From a virus (Duplodnaviria; Caudoviricetes), in the IMG/VR virus record IMGVR_UViG_3300040816_001340, positions 1 through 59,279 of that record: a stretch of DNA of 59,279 nt. One strand, 5' to 3'. A program made the position numbers and the translations under genes. Positions 39,001 through 47,556 of this stretch are shown piece after piece. Positions within the stretch are counted from its first letter, which is position 1. The number at the start of each line of letters is the position of its first letter. The notes beneath the pieces are model-generated. The model was not told the origin of the DNA and ran no database searches. It saw only the letters and a list, made by a program, of their open reading frames with translations.

Positions 39001-39059
39001 TGCACAGAACGCTTTTGACTTAAATCTATTTCTCTTAATGTAACACCTGCTCGTGCCAT
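36042..39059 (-). CDS. Tail sheath protein paralogue 2
   Basis: GV..REID, GTAKRGPAFVP, WFAPAGLNRG, FGQKTL, LDRVNVRRLL, FEPN, QPTKSIEF. Confidence 0.95.
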   Translation of the reverse strand: MARAGVTLREIDLSQKRSVQVLPSGTPAGVVGTAKRGPAFVPRVFANMEQFGEIFGSITENSKDSNGHRHGPLALNEWMQNSQAGAFVRILGVGDGKKANPSTGKVTDAGFVVGDQLVQGSGVKAYNDNAVAAGVAGRTYFLGCYMSESAGSRYLSDAGLQSSVESVPVVRGVLMTPAGVNASLDFDEALAYQFDNVLSSSHTDIDLDGHSAKGLFGDTAGTHDVGYIFGQVSGSSGNDFKILLNGFKNASYSNTLQCSFDPSKTNYFANVLNTDPTKLEEEGHYLYSHWDISNTVAVATGSDVQKISTVALSGSLYGFLMSSSLGRNTADTSIANFEDFSHRYATAKTPYFVSQGYGLGSDTSRVGLSEKVYDLFRLHALDDGEQSHKGFRVLIENIIKGTSSSPYGRFDLVLESFESDPIRGDKLAAFRNLSLDPDSRNYIAKVIGDKHMYYDFDRAEGKQRLEQRGLYEVKNPYVRVELSTDLLSGKVPDTALPVGFRGPLSLQTAGAFADPLNLMEGLTHYNSASIPPLPYVRSIGRKVGTNAFSADPIPWGLKFGLKSSVDVGTSGYREVGDTTFNKSLYSFAKFFPTQDNAKSAFEASDTFNRNFFSLELIQVKTSSAGDVEEWGQAEYQRLQGNKSNSSLDRFVSVDQDAKGINSSYLKFRTFLQGGFDGLNIFDKEKYNLTNTAAVREANEEVANIFEGPTTQAFKKGIDIFTDKSAVEIQVLATPGITAFPVTDHGISACENRFDAIYIMDIDKYNTRNQVISGSAAGIVNTIHVGNTVDKFEARALDTSFAAAYFPDVLIRRPIDNAPVKVPASVGVLGVYSQNDSIADPWFAPAGLNRGRIQSAVGSSLYLRESELDEIYDADINPIYVPAGRTEETYIFGQKTLLQDPSALDRVNVRRLLINIRRQVKKVAETLLFEPNRESTLARFTSLVEPIMQRVQQRQGVQRYKVQIDASTTTDIDIENNTLRGRIFLQPTKSIEFVSLDFVVTNTISE

Positions 39060-39083
39060 CTATTATCTCCTATTTTATATTAA

Positions 39084-42000
39084 TTATTCGGGAAATTGAA
39101 CGCCGCTGTTAGTAACTATGAAGTCCATCGCAATAAACTCAATAGCACGTGTCGGAATAAATACAATTCTTCCGTTTAGTCTATTGTTATCAACATCTTC
39201 TTCAGAATTGTTTGTGTCATCCATAACTACGCGGAAGTCTTCAATTCCTTGACCTAGTCTAATTAGAGAAAGTCTATTACTTGCTGCTTCAATAAATCTA
39301 GCTCTTGTTTGTTGATCATTTTGCTCGAAGAGTAATCCTTGAGCTAGTTCTTCAATTTGTCTCTTAATTTCTAAAACAAGTCTTCTTACGTTAACTCTAT
39401 CAAGAGAGGTTGCAGCTAGTTGAAGAGTTTTTTGACCAAAGATAACAAATTGTTTATTAGGGAAGTTAGCAATAGGATTGATTCTATTCTCGTATAAAGT
39501 ATCTCTATCTTCACTATTTAGTCTAACAACAGTACTTTGAACTCTTTCCAAACCACCTCTATTAAATCCTGCAGGTGCAAACCAAGGAGCAGAAATTGCA
39601 TCATTTTTTGCAAGTGCGCCAAGAGCTACTACTGAAGATGGAACTTTGACTAGTCTCTCTGCTCCTTCGACTTCATAACCTGCATCTCTAATGTAAACAT
39701 CAGGATAGTAAACTGCAGAGAAATTATTATCAACAGATCTTTGATCAAACAAAGTAGAAGTTTCTTCAACATCAGGAACTGAAGTGCCGTCAGTAACAGT
39801 CTGACCAAAAAGTCTCTTACCAGCTTCATCATAAGAAGGAATGTCCATTACATAAATTGCTTTACCATAGTCTCTTACTTTTAATAAAGCTTCATCTGTA
39901 ACAAAACTATCACGAATGCCAGGAATTGCTAAAGCATTGTAGTTTACTAACATCGGATCTGTCATTAAACGAATTGCATTATTGTATGAGTTGACAATGT
40001 TATTATCCAATTCAGCGCCTTGCATTAATGCGTCAGATGTTCTTGCTAATCCACTATCAAAGCCACTAGTACTTGCTTTACCTTCAGGGGTAACACTATG
40101 TGTCGAAGTAGCTCTATCATTAAAGTAGTAGCTATCTTCATCCATGATGTTAATACCATCAAAGCCGCCAAAGAAAGTTGCTGTAAATTTAGCAAACTCT
40201 GAATATCTATTAAACTTCTTTGTGTCTTCTGCTAACAATGATGCAAATGTTACTCTATCTTTGTCTGGACTTGAAGTCGATTTTGATAAAATGTCTGCAT
40301 TTAAGTTTATTGTATAACGAGAGTTATCAAATTTGGCCGAAGCAACATCAGCATCTCTAATGTACGCAGCATTTTTAATTTCATCGTATGGACCTGTTAG
40401 GTCTGCAACTGTACTTCCACTAAAAGCAACTCTAGATAAAGAGAATTTATTGCTATTGAAATTATCAGCTTCAGAACTATCAATATCAAAAGATGTTCCA
40501 AACTTATCAATACATAAGAATTTAGCATAGCTTTCAAAAAGTCTATTAAATCCTTTTCCTCCTGAATTGTTTGGCTTGTCAATATCGTTAACGCGAGACG
40601 TGTTAACTCCCCAGTAAAGCCTACTATCAACACTTTCTTGTGTAGATGCTTGTCCTAAATATTCTTTGGGAGACCCTACATTAATATCACCTTTTGTAAC
40701 CTTAAATCTATGTGGTACAGGAGGTAAGACAGAAAACGCCAGTGTATTAATATGTGCAGCATCTAAAGTATCAGGAGTTTTACCTCCTGTACCAAAAATT
40801 GCACTTGCAACATCTGTGCCAGCGGCTTCTGATCCAGTCAAGAAAGCCATATTATCACTACGACCATCACGTCCATCTGAAGTTGTCTTAAGAAGTGGAA
40901 GCCCTCTAAAGCCGAATGGTAACGCCTCTTCTGGAATTTCTTCGTTAATAACGTCAGCAGACATTACAACTCTAATGAGCCTAGAGTTATTAGGGAATGT
41001 ACCTTCTGTCATTAAACGCTTTTCGTCAGGTGTTGTAGTGTCTAAGTTAAGAGAAAGTTTTTTGTCCCCAATTATTCTAGCAATATAGTTAGAGCTTTTT
41101 GGATCTAAGTTACAATTTGAGAAGCTCTCAATAATAACAGGCTTTTCATCAGAGTCTCTTAAATCTCTAAGCTCAACTGTAAATGATCCGTATTTGTAGT
41201 TAGGATCATTGCTTGCACGAAGATCTCTAATAGAAACTTTATAGTTATCTGTTGCATAAACACCGTCGTCTTTTGCTTCTAGGTGGAAAAGATTATATTC
41301 TTTATTACCAAAAGGCTGAGAAATAAATGAAGGTGATCTTGGTGTTCTATATCTTGTTTCAAACTGGCCGTATGCGTTAGCAATTGATCCTGCAGTATCA
41401 CCGCTATCTAGACTTAAGTCAGTAAATGATGACGTTAAACCGCAGAGAATAGCTGCCGGTTTACCAGCTGATGAAGCAACTGCCTTATCAACAGGAAAGT
41501 CTGCATAAAGAAAATGCTTCTTAGATGAAAGAAGATAAGGATTAGTATTTAATACATTTGAAATATAGCTAGGACTATCTGGATCAAATGACACTGGGTA
41601 CGCTGATGAAGCTCCGTCTACAGATGAAGAAAAGAATAGATTAACAATGCTATTGCTATCAATCAGTGAAGCGTCACCTGCAGGTCTTGAACTATCATCA
41701 TCAGGCTTTGCTGTAACAGAAGAAGCTGTTAAATAAACAGTTGTATCTTTATCTAAAAACAACATACCTCTTACTAACTGGACACCTAATTCTTGTGAGC
41801 TTCCAGAAACGCTTTGGTTGTCACTAAACATTGGATATGTATATGACTCATTTTCATCAAGAGAGTGAGACGCAACAAGCATGTGAACAGATCCAGCGTG
41901 TCTTAAATTATCTGAAAGTGTTCCACTAGCAAAAAATCCTGCGTTAGAAACACGACCCGTCTCTTCAAAAGTAGAAGCAGTATCTACATCTTTACCTGTA

Positions 42001-42272
42001 CCTAAAACTCTCATGAAAGTTAAAGATGCATTATCACCTTTTGATTGAAAATATTCACTAACAGCATGTCCTGCTGGCATATTTTGATCAATTTTACCAA
42101 ATCTTTTTTTGAATTCATCTAAGCTACCAACAGTTACAGGAACAAATGCAGGTCCTCTTTCTGCAGGCCCTATAACTCCAAAAGGAGTTGAGCTTGGACC
42201 TCTCTTTGGAGGTGCAATTACTTCAATTTCTCTTTCAAAAAAGCCTGGAGACTTAAAAGTTTGTTCAGCCAT
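39084..42272 (-). CDS. Tail sheath protein paralogue 1
   Basis: SPGFFEREI, GPAERGPAFVP, WFAPAGFNRG, FGQKTL, LDRVNVRRL, PTRAIEFI. Confidence 0.95.
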   Translation of the reverse strand: MAEQTFKSPGFFEREIEVIAPPKRGPSSTPFGVIGPAERGPAFVPVTVGSLDEFKKRFGKIDQNMPAGHAVSEYFQSKGDNASLTFMRVLGTGKDVDTASTFEETGRVSNAGFFASGTLSDNLRHAGSVHMLVASHSLDENESYTYPMFSDNQSVSGSSQELGVQLVRGMLFLDKDTTVYLTASSVTAKPDDDSSRPAGDASLIDSNSIVNLFFSSSVDGASSAYPVSFDPDSPSYISNVLNTNPYLLSSKKHFLYADFPVDKAVASSAGKPAAILCGLTSSFTDLSLDSGDTAGSIANAYGQFETRYRTPRSPSFISQPFGNKEYNLFHLEAKDDGVYATDNYKVSIRDLRASNDPNYKYGSFTVELRDLRDSDEKPVIIESFSNCNLDPKSSNYIARIIGDKKLSLNLDTTTPDEKRLMTEGTFPNNSRLIRVVMSADVINEEIPEEALPFGFRGLPLLKTTSDGRDGRSDNMAFLTGSEAAGTDVASAIFGTGGKTPDTLDAAHINTLAFSVLPPVPHRFKVTKGDINVGSPKEYLGQASTQESVDSRLYWGVNTSRVNDIDKPNNSGGKGFNRLFESYAKFLCIDKFGTSFDIDSSEADNFNSNKFSLSRVAFSGSTVADLTGPYDEIKNAAYIRDADVASAKFDNSRYTINLNADILSKSTSSPDKDRVTFASLLAEDTKKFNRYSEFAKFTATFFGGFDGINIMDEDSYYFNDRATSTHSVTPEGKASTSGFDSGLARTSDALMQGAELDNNIVNSYNNAIRLMTDPMLVNYNALAIPGIRDSFVTDEALLKVRDYGKAIYVMDIPSYDEAGKRLFGQTVTDGTSVPDVEETSTLFDQRSVDNNFSAVYYPDVYIRDAGYEVEGAERLVKVPSSVVALGALAKNDAISAPWFAPAGFNRGGLERVQSTVVRLNSEDRDTLYENRINPIANFPNKQFVIFGQKTLQLAATSLDRVNVRRLVLEIKRQIEELAQGLLFEQNDQQTRARFIEAASNRLSLIRLGQGIEDFRVVMDDTNNSEEDVDNNRLNGRIVFIPTRAIEFIAMDFIVTNSGVQFPE

Positions 42273-42343
42273 GTCGCTAATCTCCTAATTATTATATTAC
42301 GTTTATCGTATCTAAATATACAACGTCAATGATAATATAATTA

Positions 42344-43609
42344 TTAGTTATTAATTATGTCGATAATCTCGGCTATGCCGCCTGCAAATACGGCTTCTCC
42401 TTTTGTTTCTGTAACATTCTTTGCCTGGAGTCTTATGATTTCACCTTCTGCGTTTCGTATTTCTACTTGCTTGGACTTTTGATAATCACTTCCTCTTGCG
42501 CCCACAATATCAGGTTTATTTTCACGTGTTTCAGTACCATTTGCAAAGTTTCTTGCATCACTAGCAGCAACCTGCGCTAAAGGATCACGATTTTGAATTC
42601 TAGCAACATTTCTTTCTGCATCCATACCAACATTATCGGTTGGTAACAAATCATCTTCGTGTTCAAATTCGTTAAGTAAAAATGCATTTACATCATTACT
42701 AACAATGCCACTTTTTCGTGGTTCTTTTGAAATAGAATCTTGAGTAGCACCAATTTCAAAAGATATTTGCGGCGCTGACTTAAATGATCGAAGCGCAGTT
42801 TTACCACCCATAATGTCTGGAGCAACAATATAACCTGTTGCTGTTATATTAAATGAATACTTAACAAATCTTTCTTGATCTGAAAAGTCTTGGTATGATG
42901 CATCTTGTGATATACTACTATCAATAAACGCTGGAAACCAATAACCTTTGTCACTTTCTACTCTAAACTGCTGCCCAGGATGTAGTGTATAAGCACTCAT
43001 AATTGTTTCCATAATTGCATTCATTTGCTGTGTAAATGATGACCATATAGTTACTTCATATGATGCTCCAAAGTATCGCGGAGGAGGAATTTCGATAACT
43101 TCTACTATGTTATTTGATAGCTTTGGTTGTAGTGATAAGTCACCTGCCACTTCTGTTTTCTTAGCAGGTGAATAAAGAGAATTAAGTAAGTTTTCTTTAT
43201 TACTTATTTGTTTCCAATCAGTATCTTCTCCAGCAATTCTTTTTGCAATAACTGAAGGAAACATCATGTTATTTGCCATTCCTTTTTGTGGCTTATTTTC
43301 AACAGCATTTCTTATAATTGATATAAGTGGCAATATAATTGCATTATTCTTATCTGTCAAAGGCTCTTTACGACGAAGAATAGCAAAACGCTCGCCTGTA
43401 GCAAATATAACAGGAACTTTTCTCTGCTGATTTGCATGCATATAAAAAAGAGGTATATCTTTGTCAAAAAGATTAAATATAGCACGATCTAAGTCTTCTA
43501 AACCACATGAAGGAATATAGTAGTCTTCTGTAGTATTATTTCCTTCGTATCCTGTAGGAATAGCGATGCTTTCAGGATCTCTTTTGTTTTTTTGAAATCT
43601 ACTGCTCAT
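42344..43609 (-). CDS. Tail terminator / sheath stabiliser (gp15-like)
   Basis: VPVIFATGER, LPLISI.R, YEVTIWS....QMN.I.E; lies between neck and sheath genes. Confidence 0.7.
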   Translation of the reverse strand: MSSRFQKNKRDPESIAIPTGYEGNNTTEDYYIPSCGLEDLDRAIFNLFDKDIPLFYMHANQQRKVPVIFATGERFAILRRKEPLTDKNNAIILPLISIIRNAVENKPQKGMANNMMFPSVIAKRIAGEDTDWKQISNKENLLNSLYSPAKKTEVAGDLSLQPKLSNNIVEVIEIPPPRYFGASYEVTIWSSFTQQMNAIMETIMSAYTLHPGQQFRVESDKGYWFPAFIDSSISQDASYQDFSDQERFVKYSFNITATGYIVAPDIMGGKTALRSFKSAPQISFEIGATQDSISKEPRKSGIVSNDVNAFLLNEFEHEDDLLPTDNVGMDAERNVARIQNRDPLAQVAASDARNFANGTETRENKPDIVGARGSDYQKSKQVEIRNAEGEIIRLQAKNVTETKGEAVFAGGIAEIIDIINN

Positions 43610-43611
43610 AC

Positions 43612-44286
43612 TTAGTCTCCATCATAAAAAGATGATCCTACTCCATCAACATCTCCACTAGAGCCATCAGGTGCAATCTTCTTAGGTCCTGTTATAGGTG
43701 CTTCTAACTTGCCATCTTTTCTAAGTTGTCTAACGTCACCTGTTTTACCAAGTTCATTAGTTGCCTCACCTCTTTGCTGAACAAATGTCTTTTGAATTGC
43801 GTCAGGGTTTGTAAAGCTTTCTTCAGTAGGCCCTTTAGGGACAAGATCGATATGATCAACACGAGTCTGCTTACCAACTAGTTTATAACCTGCAAGTCTT
43901 TCAACATGTCCAAACATAAACTTTTCAACAAAGAAAGATGTTACTTCAAAGAAAACAGAGCCATACGAGAAATAGTCGCCTACATGTAACTCAATATCTC
44001 TATCATACATGTCTCTATAATGTATAAAGACTTCAACATTCCATAGTTTTTCAAAACCAAACTTTGTCGTTTTAACTTCTGGTGTTCCCCAGTCAATACG
44101 ACACTCGATCTCTAACGGCGCATCAAAGACTTTTTTAGTTGATTCTTCGTAAACATCGTTAACATTTGAAAGATCTTCACGAACGTGATAATAGAAAATC
44201 TTATGCCCTACGACATCTTTTGTCACTTCTTTTGTTAAATCAGACATAAAGTCCAATTCTCTCTGTGTTATAAATAGTCTAGACAT
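43612..44286 (-). CDS. Head closure / neck protein (gp14-like)
   Basis: VYEES..K.F..P, ..KFG, VGDY; downstream of the gp13-like gene. Confidence 0.68.
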   Translation of the reverse strand: MSRLFITQRELDFMSDLTKEVTKDVVGHKIFYYHVREDLSNVNDVYEESTKKVFDAPLEIECRIDWGTPEVKTTKFGFEKLWNVEVFIHYRDMYDRDIELHVGDYFSYGSVFFEVTSFFVEKFMFGHVERLAGYKLVGKQTRVDHIDLVPKGPTEESFTNPDAIQKTFVQQRGEATNELGKTGDVRQLRKDGKLEAPITGPKKIAPDGSSGDVDGVGSSFYDGD

Positions 44287-44289
44287 ATA

Positions 44290-45531
44290 TTATCCTATTA
44301 TTATTGCTCTTCCGTTAGGAATAGGAACTCGTTTAAGAATGTTTTGCATTTGCTCAGACTGAGCAGCATCTGTCTCAAGAAGTTTTTGATATGTTAGCTT
44401 ATCAAGCTGCTCACCTAAACTTGTCTTTAGCTTTTCTTGATCTTCGCGGCCTTGGCTTATTAAGTCAGAACCATTCATTTGAAGATCAGCACCAGGAATA
44501 GGAACAGAAGAAAACTTAGATCGAACAAGTCCTAGAGTTTCCTTACACAGGGCTAAAGTATATTCTCTAATCCAGTGTCTTGCAATAGAGTTAATACCTT
44601 TATAAGAGATGTTTCCAAAAGGAATGTTAGATAAGTTTGAAACACCAAATATTGTGCTATCTTCAAAAGAAGGCTTAAAAGGATCTGAAGGGAATCCTAC
44701 CTTTAAGAATAAGTTTAGAGGATTGTCTTGTGTAGGTGTAGGAAAAATTCTTATCTTTGTCCCTTGAATCTTATAAGAGTAGTTACTACGACGTATTCTA
44801 TTGGATATATCTAACTGTCCTGCTCGAAGATAGTCTTCAAAAACAGGAAGAACATAGAATACTGTTTCTGGTGTAAAGCTTTCAAAAGCAAACTGATTAT
44901 TTAAGTAGTTTACTGCTGATGTTGTATCAAAGAAGCGATATGCAGCTTGTGGAGAAAAATGAAATACTTCATATATTCTTAATTTGCCTTTGCTTGCATG
45001 ATTTAACTTTGTTGTATTTGCTGCATCCAGATAAGCATCAGACATAACAGAAACTTCAGCACCTGAACTAGTTGTAGTTTTTAAGTCTGTATAAATATCA
45101 TAATCTTGTCGGCCTCTTTCTAATGCAATTGAACCGCTTAAAGTATTATAAGCGCCACCGACTCCTGCTTGATCTGCATAAGGTTCAGCACGCCTTGTAA
45201 GATATTCTAATGTCTCTCTAGGAAACTGCTGTTCTTTTCCATGCGGACCAACCTTATTATTATTATCATCTTCCAGCGATCCTGTTGAAATACCCATAAG
45301 GTTTGACATATAGGATTCAGCTTGATTTTGGTTGATAATCTTGCTGTATTTTAATGTGGCTTCTTCGAAGTTAGCCCATATTTGTTTATTTGTTAGTTCG
45401 ACTGATAGAATGTCATCGCCAAGTTTTCTTTTAACATATACGACCATTTTGTCTGCTTCGTGAGAAAAGTGATCGTCATCATCATATATGCCAAAAGGTG
45501 TTGGTGCTGTCGTGCTACTAAACGCTGCCAT
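44290..45531 (-). CDS. Neck/adaptor protein (gp13-like)
   Basis: KRKLGDDILSVELT..QI and WIREYTLALCKETLG.VRSKF..PIPG....NG. Confidence 0.85.
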   Translation of the reverse strand: MAAFSSTTAPTPFGIYDDDDHFSHEADKMVVYVKRKLGDDILSVELTNKQIWANFEEATLKYSKIINQNQAESYMSNLMGISTGSLEDDNNNKVGPHGKEQQFPRETLEYLTRRAEPYADQAGVGGAYNTLSGSIALERGRQDYDIYTDLKTTTSSGAEVSVMSDAYLDAANTTKLNHASKGKLRIYEVFHFSPQAAYRFFDTTSAVNYLNNQFAFESFTPETVFYVLPVFEDYLRAGQLDISNRIRRSNYSYKIQGTKIRIFPTPTQDNPLNLFLKVGFPSDPFKPSFEDSTIFGVSNLSNIPFGNISYKGINSIARHWIREYTLALCKETLGLVRSKFSSVPIPGADLQMNGSDLISQGREDQEKLKTSLGEQLDKLTYQKLLETDAAQSEQMQNILKRVPIPNGRAIIIG

Positions 45532-45540
45532 AGCTTAACC

Positions 45541-45570
45541 TCTCTTAATACATGTATAAATATCAAGAGA
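45541..45570 (-). promoter_or_regulatory. Late-type ATATTTAT motif inside a stem-loop overlapping the neck-gene RBS
   Basis: Minus strand TCTCTTGATA-TTTATACATG-TATTAAGAGA-GG; motif at 45556-45563. Confidence 0.6.
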
Positions 45571-45654
45571 TTATCACTATATCTACTTTTCTTTCTCGCT
45601 ATACTAAAATACCACAAATCATTAGCTGAAATGCGGTAAGTTTTATTTTTATTT

Positions 45655-45891
45655 TTAGTCTAAAGACTTTCTTTTAATTCTAAAGACTTTCTTTTCACCG
45701 ACATAAACTAGGTCTAATAAGTCCCAAGACTCATCTTTTCTAGACTTTGTAACTAGTAGTATTTCTACTTCTTTGCCTTGATACGTAAGCTTCTTTTCAG
45801 CAACAACTGGCTTCTTTTCAGCAACAACTGGCTTCTTTTCAGCAACAACTGGCTTCTTTTCAGCAACAGCTTTTTTTCTTAAATTACTCAT
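45655..45891 (-). CDS. Small basic protein with (VAEKKPV)n repeats
   Basis: 78-aa ORF directly downstream of 45905..46336. Confidence 0.65.
   Translation of the reverse strand: MSNLRKKAVAEKKPVVAEKKPVVAEKKPVVAEKKLTYQGKEVEILLVTKSRKDESWDLLDLVYVGEKKVFRIKRKSLD
45789..45868. repeat. 21-bp coding tandem repeat, about 3.8 copies
   Basis: Unit GCTTCTTTTCAGCAACAACTG at 45789, 45810 and 45831, partial copy at 45852. Confidence 0.95.
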
Positions 45892-45904
45892 TTAATTAAA
45901 AGCC

Positions 45905-46336
45905 TTAAGCGTCCGGAGCAGCTGCGCCAGTATCGTCAGCGACCAACCATGCATTGTCACCAATCTTAACACATGTTACAAGAGAATTAGCAGCAATTGC
46001 AATTTCTTTTGCATATGCGCCCGCGTTGTCTGTTACCGCTACGCCATTAATAGTTGTTGCTGTTGTTCCGTCACCTTTTGAAGAAAGTTCAAATCCTGTT
46101 GCGCCTACAGCAAGTCTAATTACTTGGCCTAAGTCACAGTCTGTTGGTGAAGGAAGATAAACTCTATCATCTGCATCATTATCAGGAGTTACAATTGTAA
46201 GTGCAGCTTGTGTAAGTGTATTTGTAGGACCTGCCACGGCAGCTACAGGTGCTGAAATTGTTGCAGGAGTTAAAACATATCCTGAACCTGAAAATTGATT
46301 TAATCCACTTGTTGCGTCTACTTTAATCTTTGGCAT
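45905..46336 (-). CDS. Putative capsid decoration / virion protein
   Basis: Start MPKIKV at 46336 with a perfect AAGGAGGT RBS; Ala/Thr/Gly-rich; YLP.....GQ....TING motif resembles the 7173/7516 domain. Confidence 0.6.
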   Translation of the reverse strand: MPKIKVDATSGLNQFSGSGYVLTPATISAPVAAVAGPTNTLTQAALTIVTPDNDADDRVYLPSPTDCDLGQVIRLAVGATGFELSSKGDGTTATTINGVAVTDNAGAYAKEIAIAANSLVTCVKIGDNAWLVADDTGAAAPDA

Positions 46337-46339
46337 GAC

Positions 46340-46413
46340 TAACCTCCTTAGGTTGTTTTGTGTGCGCATGCTTCCACGTTCCTGGCGCTTCAGGCATCAT
46401 CCTTAACGTGGGC
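46340..46413 (-). ncRNA. Candidate structured cis-regulatory 5' leader RNA
   Basis: GC-rich island in an AT-rich spacer: CCACGUU/AACGUGG and CCUG/CAGG nested stems, possible GCGC pseudoknot, and an AACCU-AAGG-AGGUU hairpin over the SD. Confidence 0.45.
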
Positions 46414-46490
46414 TTATCTTTATATATCTCTTATCTTAACTTTTATAATAAATAATAAACTTGACTAGTTTTTCTTAAAAGACTAACTAC

Positions 46491-46772
46491 TTAGTCGCTA
46501 CCAACATCGTCGCTACCCTCTCCAGCGACTTCGTCTCCAACAGGAGCATCATCCTCAACACTTCCCTCGCTCATCTCTCCACTTTGCTCAGCACGTGCTG
46601 CTTCTAGAGCCTCTTGCATTTGCCTGTCCTGCTCCTCACGCGGAACTAGAGCATCAATCGCTCCCTGCAATGTATGTGCCTCTTGCAAAGAAAACGCCCC
46701 TCGTCGCTGTGCTACCTGACATCCACTAAGAAGAACGTTTGTCGCTTGAACCTGCTCTGGTGATAACTGCAT
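46491..46772 (-). CDS. Hypothetical acidic protein (AQRRGAFSLQEA motif)
   Basis: 93-aa ORF with AAGGA RBS and an upstream TATAAT promoter-like site. Confidence 0.75.
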   Translation of the reverse strand: MQLSPEQVQATNVLLSGCQVAQRRGAFSLQEAHTLQGAIDALVPREEQDRQMQEALEAARAEQSGEMSEGSVEDDAPVGDEVAGEGSDDVGSD

Positions 46773-46845
46773 ATTATTTTTTTCCTTTCATATTTGAACA
46801 GGACTATTATATGCAATAGAGCAGGTTGTTTATAAAATTATTATG

Positions 46846-47526
46846 CTATTTTTTATAGTCTAAGTCAAATGGACTTGGAGTCGTAGTCGCTAATGTAATA
46901 TGATCTACTGGAGCCTTAGCTGCCGCAGGAGTTATCATTTCATGTTCTAAAAGAATGTTTATAAGTCCACTCAAATATAAAGGCGCGTTATGCACGCGAT
47001 CATTTGCATACTTGAACGCGTAATCAATAACTTCTTTTGCACAAGCACTGTTATTATTTCTTCTTAAACTACATACTAGACTACCATTGTCATAGAAAAC
47101 GCCACCGGTGAGACCTTCGTGAAATCTGTCATCCATGTAATATTGTGTGCCACAAGCTAACGCTTTTTTGCGCACTTCCTCATCACGTGCAGCAGCTGCT
47201 GCATATTTGTCTTCTAAAGCATCTACACTTTCGTAGTCATCTCCTCTGTTATCAGGGTCATCTAACGGATCCTGACTACCATCAAGTTTACGTCCTGGGC
47301 CCACAGATCGAGCACCTTGGCCAAACGCCGGGCCGTGACTATAACCGTCTCCATCTCTAGCTTCGTTGATTTTAGCAGCTTCTTCAGCAATGATACGCTT
47401 GAGCATAGCAGGAGTTGCCTTAACTGTACGTGGCTCGCTAACGCTTTCGCTCACAAGCTTCTTCTTAACATGCGAGCGAACTTCTTCAGCAATAATCTTT
47501 TGTAGTTGTTCTTTTGAAATTCTCAT
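46846..47526 (-). CDS. Hypothetical protein with duplicated L..II.EE leader (putative internal head protein)
   Basis: MRISKEQLQKIIAEE and VKATPAMLKRIIAEE; TTATTTAT motif at 47546-47553. Confidence 0.7.
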   Translation of the reverse strand: MRISKEQLQKIIAEEVRSHVKKKLVSESVSEPRTVKATPAMLKRIIAEEAAKINEARDGDGYSHGPAFGQGARSVGPGRKLDGSQDPLDDPDNRGDDYESVDALEDKYAAAAARDEEVRKKALACGTQYYMDDRFHEGLTGGVFYDNGSLVCSLRRNNNSACAKEVIDYAFKYANDRVHNAPLYLSGLINILLEHEMITPAAAKAPVDHITLATTTPSPFDLDYKK

Positions 47527-47556
47527 AACTATCCTTTCAATTTCTATAAATAACTA

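Noticed and set aside
31972-42272. Extracellular contractile injection system (three sheaths as in Afp/PVC)
   Set aside because: Major capsid, scaffold, neck and replication genes on the same contig show this is a phage.
45789-45868. Short direct repeats as a possible CRISPR array
   Set aside because: Units are contiguous with no spacers, are a multiple of 3 and encode VAEKKPV in frame; no cas genes.
46340-46413. Assignment of the structured leader to SAH, c-di-GMP-II, hammerhead or pistol classes
   Set aside because: Only short coincidental matches (CCAGG, GAUGAUG, CCACG/CGUGG); core consensus and stem order do not fit, so it is left unassigned.
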